64,000 nucleotides of DNA from Marinicella sp. (GCA_965230295.1 OZ246001.1:864001-928000); one strand, 5' to 3'; positions 41,818 through 51,966 are shown, counted from the stretch's first letter. Made by a program: numbers and translations. The notes: generated by a model not told the origin, from the sequence alone.

Positions 41818-42271
41818 TCTATTGTTTACATGGCAGGTGTTTGCCATTGAATGGGATGAGTTGAATTCTGCTCAACAACAAACATTAGCTCCCTTCGAAG
41901 GTGGCTGGTCAGACATGCCTGAACAAAAGCGGCAACAACTGGCCAAAGGGGCCAGCCGTTGGCAGAACTTAAACAAACAAGAAAAAGGATTGGTACTGAA
42001 CCGACTGAACAAATGGAAAGAACTGTCACCGGAACAACGCAAAAAGATTCGCCAAAGATACCGAACATTTCAAAGTTTATCCCCCCAGCAAAGGGCCAAC
42101 TTGTGGCGTCTTCACCAGCGGTTTAAAAACTTATCGCCAGAACAAAGAAAGAAACTGCGCCAGAAATACCAACAGTTAACCCCTGAGCAAAAGCGTCAAT
42201 TCAGACAGCGCCAGATGAAGAAACAACAACAGCGAAACAGAAAAAACAAACAACGCAGAAATGGCAAATAA
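41792..42271 (+). CDS. DUF3106-like periplasmic helical repeat protein
   Basis: Signal peptide MKKILII..VFA; repeated (W/F/Y)xxLSPEQR units; very basic. Confidence 0.8.
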   Translation: MKKILIIINLLFTWQVFAIEWDELNSAQQQTLAPFEGGWSDMPEQKRQQLAKGASRWQNLNKQEKGLVLNRLNKWKELSPEQRKKIRQRYRTFQSLSPQQRANLWRLHQRFKNLSPEQRKKLRQKYQQLTPEQKRQFRQRQMKKQQQRNRKNKQRRNGK

Positions 42272-42281
42272 AAACCCTGTT

Positions 42282-42929
42282 TCAGAACTCCGGTGGCAAT
42301 TGAAATTGTTTGATCGGCCCGTCTGCAACTGTTTGAAACGAAATAAACTGGCTCTGCAAGGCCAACCGGTTTGCACAATTCAAAGCGGCGCCTTGCGAAT
42401 ACAAGGGATCTCCGACTATGGGATGTCCAATGGACATCATGTGAACCCGCAGTTGGTGTGACCTTCCGGTTATCGGTGTCAATTCAACCAACGTGGTTTG
42501 GTCTTCATTGGCAATCACTTGCCAATGCGTTAATGCTGGCTTGCCATGTTGGTGATCAACCATTTGCCTGGGCCGGTTGGGCCAATCGCAAATCAAGGGT
42601 TCCTCAATTTTTCCCGCCTTTTCAATCAAGTGTCCAAACACCCGTGCACGGTACTTTTTCTTGATCAAGCGATGTTCAAACTGGCGACCTAAGTGAGCAT
42701 GGGTTGATTTATTCAACGCCATAACAATCAAACCTGAAGTTTCCATATCTAAGCGATGCACGGTTGTGGCCTGTGGAAATTGTTCCTGCGCACGACATTG
42801 CAATGAATCTTTGTGTTGCTGCTGTCTGCCTGGAACCGATAACAAGCCAGAAGGCTTGTTCAACACCAACACATCTTCATCCTGATAAACCACATCCAGA
42901 TAGGGTTCCATCGGTGGTTGATAAATCAT
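42282..42929 (-). CDS. rluA: RluA pseudouridine synthase
   Basis: KPSGLLSVPG, VHRLDMETSG, TGRSHQLRVH motifs. Confidence 0.92.
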   Translation of the reverse strand: MIYQPPMEPYLDVVYQDEDVLVLNKPSGLLSVPGRQQQHKDSLQCRAQEQFPQATTVHRLDMETSGLIVMALNKSTHAHLGRQFEHRLIKKKYRARVFGHLIEKAGKIEEPLICDWPNRPRQMVDHQHGKPALTHWQVIANEDQTTLVELTPITGRSHQLRVHMMSIGHPIVGDPLYSQGAALNCANRLALQSQFISFQTVADGPIKQFQLPPEF

Positions 42930-43846
42930 GACTTGCCTTTGAAGTTTGCTTTGCGGGCTGCCTTTTTAGCCGCTTTTGCTGCCAACTTAAGTTCTACTTC
43001 TGCCAGTTCCTGCTTCATCATCGCAGGTGTTTCCAGGGTGATTCGCCCCACCACACCGGTTCTGAATTCGTTCAAAAATAAATTGGAAATACGGGTCAGG
43101 TCTACATGCCCACCGGATTTGAGTGCACCTCTGCTCTGTCCAATTTTGACCAACAATTCATAGGGCTCATCCGGGATCTGATCCATGTTGTAACGCTCAG
43201 CAACGGCCTTTTTATAGGCTACCATGATGTATTCAGCCAGGAAAAATGCTTTGTCTTCGGCTTCTACTATGTTGTCCTTGATGCCACCAGTAACGGCCAA
43301 TCGATAGGCGCTGTTTTGATTATCAAAACGAGGCCACAAGACACCGGGCGTGTCATGTAATATAACATTACCCGGTAGCTTAATCCGCTGTTGCCTTTTG
43401 GTCACCGCTGCCTCATTCCCTGTTTTGGCAATGGTGCGTTCAGCCATGATGTTAATCAGTGTTGATTTACCCACATTTGGAATGCCCATAATCATCACTT
43501 GGATTGGCTTTTTATTGACTTCTCTTTGTGGAAACCAGTCCAGACACCACTGCGGTATTTGCTTGATCAAAGAGTGGTCTGAAGTGTTCACCACATACGC
43601 TTTTACTGTGTCATCTTGTTGCAGTTCATGCACCCATTCCTGATTCAGTTCGGGATCAGCCAAATCTGACTTATTCAACAATTTGATACAGGGTGTCTGA
43701 CCCCTTAATTTTTGCAACAAGGGGTTTTGTGAACTGTAAGGTAATCGAGCATCCAACACCTCAATCACCAAATCCACTTCTGGAATCAGTTCGCGGATTT
43801 CTTTTTGGGCCTTGTGCATGTGGCCAGGAAACCAATTGATGCTCAT
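42926..43846 (-). CDS. rbgA: Ribosome biogenesis GTPase YlqF/RbgA
   Basis: INWFPGHM, NKSDL, GIPNVGKST, DTPG (circularly permuted GTPase). Confidence 0.95.
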   Translation of the reverse strand: MSINWFPGHMHKAQKEIRELIPEVDLVIEVLDARLPYSSQNPLLQKLRGQTPCIKLLNKSDLADPELNQEWVHELQQDDTVKAYVVNTSDHSLIKQIPQWCLDWFPQREVNKKPIQVMIMGIPNVGKSTLINIMAERTIAKTGNEAAVTKRQQRIKLPGNVILHDTPGVLWPRFDNQNSAYRLAVTGGIKDNIVEAEDKAFFLAEYIMVAYKKAVAERYNMDQIPDEPYELLVKIGQSRGALKSGGHVDLTRISNLFLNEFRTGVVGRITLETPAMMKQELAEVELKLAAKAAKKAARKANFKGKS

Positions 43847-43933
43847 GGGTGTCGCTCTGATGAATAAGGCGCCTATTTTAACTGAAGATGCTGGGATAAG
43901 CCCATCATCAATGCCATCTCAGCACAATAAATA

Positions 43934-43959
43934 CTTGAAATCTGGTCGGCCAACCCTAT
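43934..43959 (+). promoter_or_regulatory. Sigma-32 (RpoH) heat-shock promoter
   Basis: CTTGAAA-N13-CCCTAT upstream of htpG, close to the consensus CTTGAAA-N13/14-CCCCAT. Confidence 0.8.
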
Positions 43960-43993
43960 CTTGCTGACATCTTAAATACCTAACCTGAAAAAA

Positions 43994-45886
43994 ATGACTG
44001 ATACTGCTGAAAAATTTGAATTTCAAGCTGAAGTGAATCAAGTTCTGGACTTGGTCATTCACTCACTGTACTCAAACAAAGAAATATTCCTCAGGGAATT
44101 GATTTCAAATGCTTCTGACGCCTGTGACAAGTTGCGTTTTGAAGCCATCAAAAACCCAGATTTAAGTGCCGATAACCTGCACATCAAAGTGGACTTTGAT
44201 GCAGAGACCAAAACCGTTACCATCAGTGACAACGGCATAGGCATGACGCGAGACGAAGTGATCAACAACATTGGTACCATTGCCAACTCAGGTACCAAAA
44301 AATACCTGGAGTCAATCGCCAAAAAAGACCGTGACGATGCCAACTTGATTGGCCAATTTGGGGTTGGCTTTTACGCTTCATTCATTGTGGCAGATGAAGT
44401 GGAAATCAAAACCTTAAAAGCGGGCGAAGCCGCTGATCAAGCAGTTGCCTGGAAATCTGATGGTAAAAATGCCTACACTTTAGAAAACATCACCAAGGAA
44501 TCTCAAGGTACAGAAATCACCTTGCACCTGCGTGAAGAAGAACATGAGTTTGCCGATAACTTCAGACTGCGTAACCTGATTAAAAAATACTCAGAGCATG
44601 TGGCCTTCCCCATTCAAATGTTAGAAGTGACATACCCTGAGAAAGATGATGAGGGCAATGAGATTCCAGCCAAAACTCCTGAATACGAAGTGGTCAATGA
44701 TGCCACTGCGTTGTGGAAGAAGGCTCCCGGCGACATCAAAGACGAAGATTACCAAGCGTTTTACCAACAAATCTCCAATGATTTCAATGAAGCGGCTTTT
44801 TGGTCTCACAACCACATTGAAGGGACTCAAAGTTACAGCAATTTATTGTATGTACCAAGTAAATCACCGTTTAACATGTTTCAAAACCCGGATGATCGAG
44901 AAGGTTTGAAATTATTCATTAAACGGGTTTTCATCATGGATGCCGCGAAGGAATTGATGCCCAACTACCTTCGCTTTGTTAAAGGTGTGGTTGATTCTAA
45001 TGACCTGCCATTAAACGTGTCTCGTGAATTGTTACAAGACAACCCCTTGTTGCAAAAAATTAAATCAGGCCTGGTTAAGCGTGTTTTAGGCATGTTGAAA
45101 AAGAAAGCTTTGGACACTGAAGTGTACGCCAACTTTTGGCAAGAGTTTGGGGACACCCTAAAAGAAGGTGTGGTTGAGGATTTCAATAACCGCGATGCCG
45201 TACTCAAACTGTTGCGTTTTGCCTCCACTGAAAATGATGATGCCACTGAAAGTGTTTCTTTGGATGACTACATCAGCCGCTGCAAAGACAAACAGGATAA
45301 AATTTACTACATCACCGGTGAGTCATACGAATCGGTTAAGAATTCGCCCCATTTAGAGTTGTTTAAGAAAGAAGGGGTTGAAGTGTTGTTGATGCACAGC
45401 CGCATTGATGAGTGGATGATGGGCCATGTTCAAGAATATGATGGTAAGAAATTCCAATCTGTTGCCAAGGGCAAATTGGATCTGGGTCAAGAAGATAAAA
45501 AAGATACAGAGCCATCAGAAGCCGACAAATCTTTCTTAGAAAAAATTCAAAAACAACTTGAAGGGCATGTCAGCGAAGTTTCTGCATCAACCCGATTGGT
45601 TGACTCTGCCAGCTGCCTGGTGATGGATGAACATGCCATGGCCATTCACATGCAAAAACTGATGGAACAGGCTGGACAAGCCATGCCCGGCCAATTACCG
45701 GCATTGGAAATCAATTTGGACCACCCATTGGTGCAGCACATAGAGCACATTGACAATGAAGACCATTTCAAAAAATGGTCAGAATTGTTGTATGAACAAG
45801 CTTTATTGGCTGAAGGCGGACAATTGAAAAACCCGGCTGAATATGTGCATAAAATGAATCAATTGATGTTAGACATCATGAAGTAA
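43994..45886 (+). CDS. htpG: Chaperone HtpG (Hsp90)
   Basis: YSNKEIFLRELISNASDA, DNGIGM, IGQFGVGFY motifs. Confidence 0.99.
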   Translation: MTDTAEKFEFQAEVNQVLDLVIHSLYSNKEIFLRELISNASDACDKLRFEAIKNPDLSADNLHIKVDFDAETKTVTISDNGIGMTRDEVINNIGTIANSGTKKYLESIAKKDRDDANLIGQFGVGFYASFIVADEVEIKTLKAGEAADQAVAWKSDGKNAYTLENITKESQGTEITLHLREEEHEFADNFRLRNLIKKYSEHVAFPIQMLEVTYPEKDDEGNEIPAKTPEYEVVNDATALWKKAPGDIKDEDYQAFYQQISNDFNEAAFWSHNHIEGTQSYSNLLYVPSKSPFNMFQNPDDREGLKLFIKRVFIMDAAKELMPNYLRFVKGVVDSNDLPLNVSRELLQDNPLLQKIKSGLVKRVLGMLKKKALDTEVYANFWQEFGDTLKEGVVEDFNNRDAVLKLLRFASTENDDATESVSLDDYISRCKDKQDKIYYITGESYESVKNSPHLELFKKEGVEVLLMHSRIDEWMMGHVQEYDGKKFQSVAKGKLDLGQEDKKDTEPSEADKSFLEKIQKQLEGHVSEVSASTRLVDSASCLVMDEHAMAIHMQKLMEQAGQAMPGQLPALEINLDHPLVQHIEHIDNEDHFKKWSELLYEQALLAEGGQLKNPAEYVHKMNQLMLDIMK

Positions 45887-45910
45887 TTCGAATCTATTGA
45901 TTCTCCAGTC

Positions 45911-45943
45911 AGGCTCTGGTGCACAAGCATCAGGGCCTTTTTT
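45911..45943 (+). terminator. Intrinsic terminator after htpG
   Basis: AGGCTCTGGTGC-ACAA-GCATCAGGGCCT-TTTTT. Confidence 0.85.
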
Positions 45944-46039
45944 GTGCCTGGATTCCAACACCCGCTATTCATGCCGTGATTTGATACTGTGATATACTGA
46001 TGTTCATGTAAGGACTACAAGTTACCATTGAGGGGGGCT

Positions 46040-47461
46040 ATGCTATTTAACTCGTTGACGTTTATCGTCTTCTTTGCTGTTGTGTTGATTGTTCACAACC
46101 TGCCATTTTCCTGGCGCACCAAAAAAACCAATTTACTGATTGCCAGCTATTTATTTTATGCGGCTTGGAACCCACCTTTCATCATCTTGGTGTGGTTGTC
46201 CACAGTGATCGATTGGCATGTGGCGCACAAAATACATACCACAAGCCAACAAAGCAAACGTCGATTGTTGTTGATGGTCAGCATCATGGTCAATCTCGGC
46301 ATTTTGGGCTTTTTCAAATATGGCGATTTCCTGTTGGAGAATTGGCAAGCCTTGATGTCGGTGTTCGGCATTGATTATACGGTACCAGAGTGGAGTATCA
46401 TTTTACCCGTCGGCATTTCTTTTTATACCTTCCAAACCATGGCATATTCCCTGGATGTGTACTTTAAACGCGCTGCACCCACCAAAAGTTTTCTGGATTT
46501 TGCCTTGTTTGTTACCTTTTTTCCGCAACTGGTGGCAGGCCCTATTGTCAGACCCACGCATTTATTACCTCAGTTCGAGAAACCACGCAAAGCCAGTCGC
46601 AATATGCTGATTTGGGGTTTGGGTTTGATCACTTTGGGTTTGTTCCAAAAAGTGGTCATTGCCGATGGGATTCTGGCTTCCATATCGGACGGTGTGTACG
46701 GTGCACGAGGAGCGGTTTCATGGTTGGATGCGTGGTTAGGCACCTTTGCTTTTGCCGGCCAAATATTTTCGGACTTTGCAGGATATTCAACCACGGCCAT
46801 TGGTGTCGGGCTTACCCTGGGATTCTCTTTACCCAGCAATTTCAATTATCCATATGCTGCCATTGGCTTTTCTGACTTTTGGCGACGCTGGCACATATCA
46901 TTGTCATCATGGCTCAGAGATTATTTATACATTCCACTGGGTGGTAACCGAAAAGGCGCCATACGCACCAACATCAATTTGATGTTGACCATGTTGATCG
47001 GTGGTTTGTGGCATGGGGCCAGTTGGACTTTTGTTGTTTGGGGAGGGCTGCACGGCCTCTATTTGGCCATCGAGCGAAAGTTCAAGTTGTTGTTTGGCAA
47101 CCCGGCCTGGCTGAAAAAGAGACTCATTCAATTGGGTCTTGGCATATTGACTTATCTGATGATCAACATAACCTGGGTATTTTTCAGAGCACAATCGTTT
47201 CCTCAGGCATTTGGTCTGATTAAATCCATGTTTGGACTCAATCCAGATGGCAAACCTGTTTTGGCCACTGTACACATCATCATGGTGACCTTGGTCACCT
47301 TGTCCATGTTACTGGTTCATTGGCGAATGAGAAACACCTCTTTGGAATCCGTAGTAGCAAAAACATCTTGGCCGGTATTGGGTACCCTGTGGGGCCTGAT
47401 GCTGTTTTTAATCATCATCACACAGGGGAGCGGCGATGCCTTCATCTACTTCCAATTCTGA
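46040..47461 (+). CDS. MBOAT O-acyltransferase (AlgI/DltB-like)
   Basis: LPVGISFYTFQ, FFPQLVAGPI, FWRRWHISLS, GLWHGA, C-terminal FIYFQF. Confidence 0.95.
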   Translation: MLFNSLTFIVFFAVVLIVHNLPFSWRTKKTNLLIASYLFYAAWNPPFIILVWLSTVIDWHVAHKIHTTSQQSKRRLLLMVSIMVNLGILGFFKYGDFLLENWQALMSVFGIDYTVPEWSIILPVGISFYTFQTMAYSLDVYFKRAAPTKSFLDFALFVTFFPQLVAGPIVRPTHLLPQFEKPRKASRNMLIWGLGLITLGLFQKVVIADGILASISDGVYGARGAVSWLDAWLGTFAFAGQIFSDFAGYSTTAIGVGLTLGFSLPSNFNYPYAAIGFSDFWRRWHISLSSWLRDYLYIPLGGNRKGAIRTNINLMLTMLIGGLWHGASWTFVVWGGLHGLYLAIERKFKLLFGNPAWLKKRLIQLGLGILTYLMINITWVFFRAQSFPQAFGLIKSMFGLNPDGKPVLATVHIIMVTLVTLSMLLVHWRMRNTSLESVVAKTSWPVLGTLWGLMLFLIIITQGSGDAFIYFQF

Positions 47462-48539
47462 TCGACAAGACAAAGATTATTATTTTCATGAGCATCGACC
47501 CATACCAACGGTCAAGTGGCGACCAGCCCTGCTGTTGGCCCTGAGTCTGATGGTCGTTGGCATCATGGCATGGGAATACAATGCCCGCGTCATCTGGGGG
47601 TATGAAGCAGACTCATATATCGACAACAATGGTCTGTGGGCCATTCAAAGAAGACGCATTGACAAAAGTGATGAAAACACTGTTGCCATCATCGGTGCCA
47701 GTCGGATCCTGTTTGATTTTGATTTAGACACCTATGAGGCCATGACCGGTACCCGCCCCATTCAATTGGCTTTGGTTGGGACCAACCCGAGACCGATTCT
47801 GGCAGATTTGGCCAAAGATGAAGACTTCAAAGGTTTACTTTATGTGGGCATCACCCCTGGCAGCTTTTTCCGCCAAGGCTATGGTTTATCAGGTGATGCA
47901 CCAGAGTATTACCAGAACGAGAGTCCAACCCAATGGATCAGTCAGCAACTGAGTATGGTTATTGAGCCACACTTGGCTTTTTACGATTTAGAAAACTGGC
48001 CATTATTCACATTGATCGAAAGGATCAAGCTGAGCAACCGAGAGGGTGTCAGAGATCCCAGAATGGGGGTCTGGAAACTCTCCAATGCGGACAAGGACCG
48101 CAACACCAAAATGTTTTGGAAAGTCGAAGACGATCCTGAATATCAACACAAAGCACAAATGACTTGGCGTGGTTTTATGCAAGCAGGAGATAAACGCGGA
48201 CCCGCACCCTTTGATTTAGATCAGTACATGACCGGGGTCATCAAAGACGTTAATGCGATTCGAGCCAGGGGTGGAGAAGTGGTGTTCATCCGCTTGCCTT
48301 CCAATGGTGATTACCGCCCCAGAGAGGCCCGACTCCAACCACGGGCTGACTATTGGAATCGTCTACTGACTGACACCCAGTCAGTGGGTGTACATTTCGA
48401 GGACCACGATACCTTACAAGGATACAGATTACCGGAATGGTCACACTTGCACTCAGAAGATGCCGCCAAGTTCACAGCTGCTTTGGTGCCGATCATCAAT
48501 GACAAACTAAAACTAGCTGACAAACAAGCCATTCGCTGA
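47436..48539 (+). CDS. SGNH-like periplasmic partner of the MBOAT (AlgJ/DltD-like)
   Basis: N-terminal TM, IIGASR, PEWSHL; overlaps the MBOAT 3' end. Confidence 0.6.
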   Translation: MPSSTSNSDRQDKDYYFHEHRPIPTVKWRPALLLALSLMVVGIMAWEYNARVIWGYEADSYIDNNGLWAIQRRRIDKSDENTVAIIGASRILFDFDLDTYEAMTGTRPIQLALVGTNPRPILADLAKDEDFKGLLYVGITPGSFFRQGYGLSGDAPEYYQNESPTQWISQQLSMVIEPHLAFYDLENWPLFTLIERIKLSNREGVRDPRMGVWKLSNADKDRNTKMFWKVEDDPEYQHKAQMTWRGFMQAGDKRGPAPFDLDQYMTGVIKDVNAIRARGGEVVFIRLPSNGDYRPREARLQPRADYWNRLLTDTQSVGVHFEDHDTLQGYRLPEWSHLHSEDAAKFTAALVPIINDKLKLADKQAIR

Positions 48540-48554
48540 ACACCAATGAAGGCA

Positions 48555-48887
48555 TCATTCACTGACACGCTTTTTGTCCGCAAATTTAATCAAGGCAAAC
48601 ACAATGGTTGCCAAAGGCACCAAAGCGGTTGAAGGCAATGTGCAATACACGGCAGTGATCAATATCAGGACACACTGACCCAGTGTGCCAAAGCGATAGA
48701 CAGATGCCAGCCACCAGCCCATCAGGCCACCAATCAATGGTCCAATATAGAACCCCAGTGCGCCGAAAGTAGCCAAATCAGCAAAATCAAGCAACAGCCC
48801 GCCGCCCAGAGGGCCAAAAGCACGCAAAAAACGCTCACTGGTGCTCATTTCAGTGATAACCGTTTTGTTCGATCCTTTATCAGTCAT
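48555..48887 (-). CDS. Small hypothetical membrane protein
   Basis: Hydrophobic Gly-rich ORF; SD GAAGGAG before ATG 48887. Confidence 0.6.
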   Translation of the reverse strand: MTDKGSNKTVITEMSTSERFLRAFGPLGGGLLLDFADLATFGALGFYIGPLIGGLMGWWLASVYRFGTLGQCVLILITAVYCTLPSTALVPLATIVFALIKFADKKRVSE

Positions 48888-48995
48888 GTCATTCTCCTTC
48901 AAACATACCCATGGCCTACTTGACCACTCCATAATTTAGGGTATCAAATCAGGCATGAAATGACATGTGCTAGAGGTCTATATCGGTCTACAACT

Positions 48996-49406
48996 CTAGG
49001 CCATATAGGCCATCAATCCGAGCACAAATAAACTCAAGAGTATCAGCACACTGACACCAAAAACCAGTCCTCGCATGGCTGACCAAGCCATGTAATAACA
49101 AATCATGTGCATCACTCGGGTGACAAAATAACCCAGCATCAATCGATTCACCCAAATGGGGTCGGCTGCACTGAGTGATGCGAAAAGAAACAACAAAATC
49201 ATCACACCCATGGTTTCATTGGTGTTGGCATGGGCTCTGGACAACCTGAACAATACATTTTTGTGACTGCTCTCAATGGGATAACCTGGCGGGTGCTTGA
49301 GTTTGATGGCCATCAGATCAAACACCAGTAACTGCACCAGTGACAAGGCTGCGGTCAGGCCCAGAACCAGCACCGACCATTGGTAATTAACCATTATTTC
49401 TGACAT
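48996..49406 (-). CDS. MAPEG family protein
   Basis: R..RAHANTNE and TRVMH..CYY motifs; 3-4 TM. Confidence 0.85.
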   Translation of the reverse strand: MSEIMVNYQWSVLVLGLTAALSLVQLLVFDLMAIKLKHPPGYPIESSHKNVLFRLSRAHANTNETMGVMILLFLFASLSAADPIWVNRLMLGYFVTRVMHMICYYMAWSAMRGLVFGVSVLILLSLFVLGLMAYMA

Positions 49407-49440
49407 GTGTATTCCTCTTTCAAAATGTTATTGATATGTT

Positions 49441-50904
49441 TCACAAGATGGGAGAGATCAATCGTGCCATCTTTTCGATAAAAATTTTAATCACCGAACG
49501 CTTTTCCCATGAGTTGACGCTTAACAATTTGGCATCACTCAAATCTGCGACAAACGAATCTTTCAATTGCTGTGCGAATGGCTCATCATAAACCAACACA
49601 TTGACCTCAAAATTCAACTCAAAACTGCGTTCATCGAAATTGGCTGTGCCCATAATACTCAAAAAATCATCAACCACCATGGTCTTGGTATGAATGAATC
49701 CACGGCTGTATTTATATACTTTCACACCAACTTGCATCATTTCATAATAAAAGGATTGGGCGGCTGCATTGACAATTTTGCTGTCTGATTGATTCGGCAC
49801 CAGCAACCTCACTGAGACGCCCCGAAGCACCGCTATTTTTAATGCCTTGATCAATGCCGGATTGGGTATAAAGTAAGGTGTGGTGATCAATATTTCGGTT
49901 TTGGCCGTGTGAATGGCCTGTAAAATTGAAAACAAAATAGAGGGCTGTGGAGAATCTGGCCCGCTGGCCACCACTTGCATCATTTTGTAGTCATTCTTGT
50001 CCAAGTTTTCAAATGCGGTTGGCAATTCATCTTCAATTTCAACTGATTGGTCGGCACAGAAATTCCAATCCGTTAAAAAGATGTTCTGTAAATAGGCTGC
50101 GCTTTGGCCTTCAATCCTTAAATGTGAATCACGCCAATACACTTTGTCCGGGTCGACAGCTGGGTTGTTGTATTCATCACCAATATTAATACCTCCTACA
50201 TAAGCCACTTTGCCGTCAACCACCACTATTTTCCGGTGGTTGCGGTAATTCAGTCTTTCAGTAAAAGCAAACCACCTGATCTCAGCAAACGGGAAAGCCT
50301 CAATGCCATGAGAACGCATGCGCATCAGTACCAAGTGGTTCAAACCTAAACTGCCATAGTCATCATAAATCAACCTAACGGCCACACCTTCTTTGGCTTT
50401 TTTGATCAGCAATTGACACAACTGACTACCAATGTCATCAAACCTGAAGATGTAATACTCCAAATGTATGGTGTGTTTGGCTGCTTCAAGGTCACTGAAT
50501 AGTTGGGGAAATTTTTGTTCACCATTTTCCAACAGCGTCAATTTATTCCTGACCGTCAAACGACTACAACTGTCTTGATAGATCATTTTTGTCAGGCCAT
50601 GAAATTGCTTCAAGTTTTCTTTGTGTTGTCGCATGACCCGAGTCGAATCATCATCAAACCTGGCCTGATACGCCTCTAATGTATGTTGAGTTGAGGTTAA
50701 TTTCTGTTGATAAATTTTGCGTTTTCGGCGCTGTATACCAAACACAAAATATAAAAACAGCCCGACTACCGGAAATAAATAAACAGTGAACAGCCAAGCC
50801 GAAGCCCTGGAGCTGATGGTGTATTGTTGAATGATTTGCAATGTGACATAAATCAACAACACCCAATAGGCATAGTAAGCGATGGTTATCCAGCTGATTG
50901 TCAT
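49441..50904 (-). CDS. cls: Cardiolipin synthase
   Basis: Two N-terminal TM and two HKD motifs (HRKIVVVD, HTKTMVVD). Confidence 0.95.
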   Translation of the reverse strand: MTISWITIAYYAYWVLLIYVTLQIIQQYTISSRASAWLFTVYLFPVVGLFLYFVFGIQRRKRKIYQQKLTSTQHTLEAYQARFDDDSTRVMRQHKENLKQFHGLTKMIYQDSCSRLTVRNKLTLLENGEQKFPQLFSDLEAAKHTIHLEYYIFRFDDIGSQLCQLLIKKAKEGVAVRLIYDDYGSLGLNHLVLMRMRSHGIEAFPFAEIRWFAFTERLNYRNHRKIVVVDGKVAYVGGINIGDEYNNPAVDPDKVYWRDSHLRIEGQSAAYLQNIFLTDWNFCADQSVEIEDELPTAFENLDKNDYKMMQVVASGPDSPQPSILFSILQAIHTAKTEILITTPYFIPNPALIKALKIAVLRGVSVRLLVPNQSDSKIVNAAAQSFYYEMMQVGVKVYKYSRGFIHTKTMVVDDFLSIMGTANFDERSFELNFEVNVLVYDEPFAQQLKDSFVADLSDAKLLSVNSWEKRSVIKIFIEKMARLISPIL

Positions 50905-51003
50905 GACTTGTCGATCAATGATTGGAACATTGCAGTAAACAGTGGCGTGTAAGATTGAATAAATTATAACAGCAGCCCCTGGTGACTTTGTTACAATGCG
51001 CGC

Positions 51004-51966
51004 ATGAATTCAGAGATAACCCACCCATTTGATCGACTGACTCCAGATTTAATACTTGATGCCATGGAAGAGCAAGGCTTTGCCATTGATGGTCGTGTAT
51101 CTGCACTGAACAGTTTTGAAAACCGGGTTTATCAAATTGGCTTGGCAGACACCACCCCCATAATCGCAAAATTTTATCGACCCAACCGGTGGACAGCCAA
51201 ACAAATACAAGAAGAGCACGACTTCAGTTTTACTGCTGAAAACCATGACATCCCTGTGGTCACCCCCCTGCGCAACGAACAGGGTCACAGCATCTATCAT
51301 TTTGCTGATTTCATGTTCAGCTTGTTTCCCAGGAAAGGTGGTCATGCGCCTGAGCTGGATCATCAGGATAATTTGGCCATCATGGGTCGTACTTTGGCCA
51401 GGTTGCACAATGTGGGTGCACAACAACCTTTTTCTCACCGCCCGATCTTGAACAGCACCACTTTTGGCCGTGAATGCATGAATTATGTGGCTGAACATTT
51501 TATCCCCATTGAACACCAATCCTCCTACCGAAACCTGGCTCAACAGATCCTACCCATCATCGAAGAAAAATTAACCGGTGCACACAACATCAGGGTTCAT
51601 GGTGATTTGCACATTGGTAACATCCTGTTGCGTGATGAAATACCCAATTTAGTTGATTTTGATGATGCACGTTCTGCACCAGCCATTCAGGACATATGGA
51701 TGCTGTTGTCAGGAGAACCTCATGAACAAGAAACACAATTACAAAAAATCATCGGTGCTTACAATGAATTCAGGGATTTTCCTTTCAGTGAATTATTGAT
51801 GATTGAATCTTTGCGGACATTGCGCATGATACACCACACCGCATGGTTGGCCAGACGCTGGGATGACCCCGCTTTTCCCCCTGCATTCCCCTGGTTTGAC
51901 AGTCACAGTTTTTGGACCCAGCACTTGACTGATTTACAACACCAACTCACGGCATTACAAAACTGA
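51004..51966 (+). CDS. srkA: Stress response Ser/Thr kinase SrkA (RdoA/YihE)
   Basis: LNSFENRVY, KFYRPNRW, HGDLH.GN, DFDD, RRWDDPAFP motifs. Confidence 0.95.
   Translation: MNSEITHPFDRLTPDLILDAMEEQGFAIDGRVSALNSFENRVYQIGLADTTPIIAKFYRPNRWTAKQIQEEHDFSFTAENHDIPVVTPLRNEQGHSIYHFADFMFSLFPRKGGHAPELDHQDNLAIMGRTLARLHNVGAQQPFSHRPILNSTTFGRECMNYVAEHFIPIEHQSSYRNLAQQILPIIEEKLTGAHNIRVHGDLHIGNILLRDEIPNLVDFDDARSAPAIQDIWMLLSGEPHEQETQLQKIIGAYNEFRDFPFSELLMIESLRTLRMIHHTAWLARRWDDPAFPPAFPWFDSHSFWTQHLTDLQHQLTALQN

Noticed and set aside
42926-43846. RbgA/YlqF in a gammaproteobacterium
   Set aside because: Absent from E. coli but known in other gammaproteobacteria; not novel.
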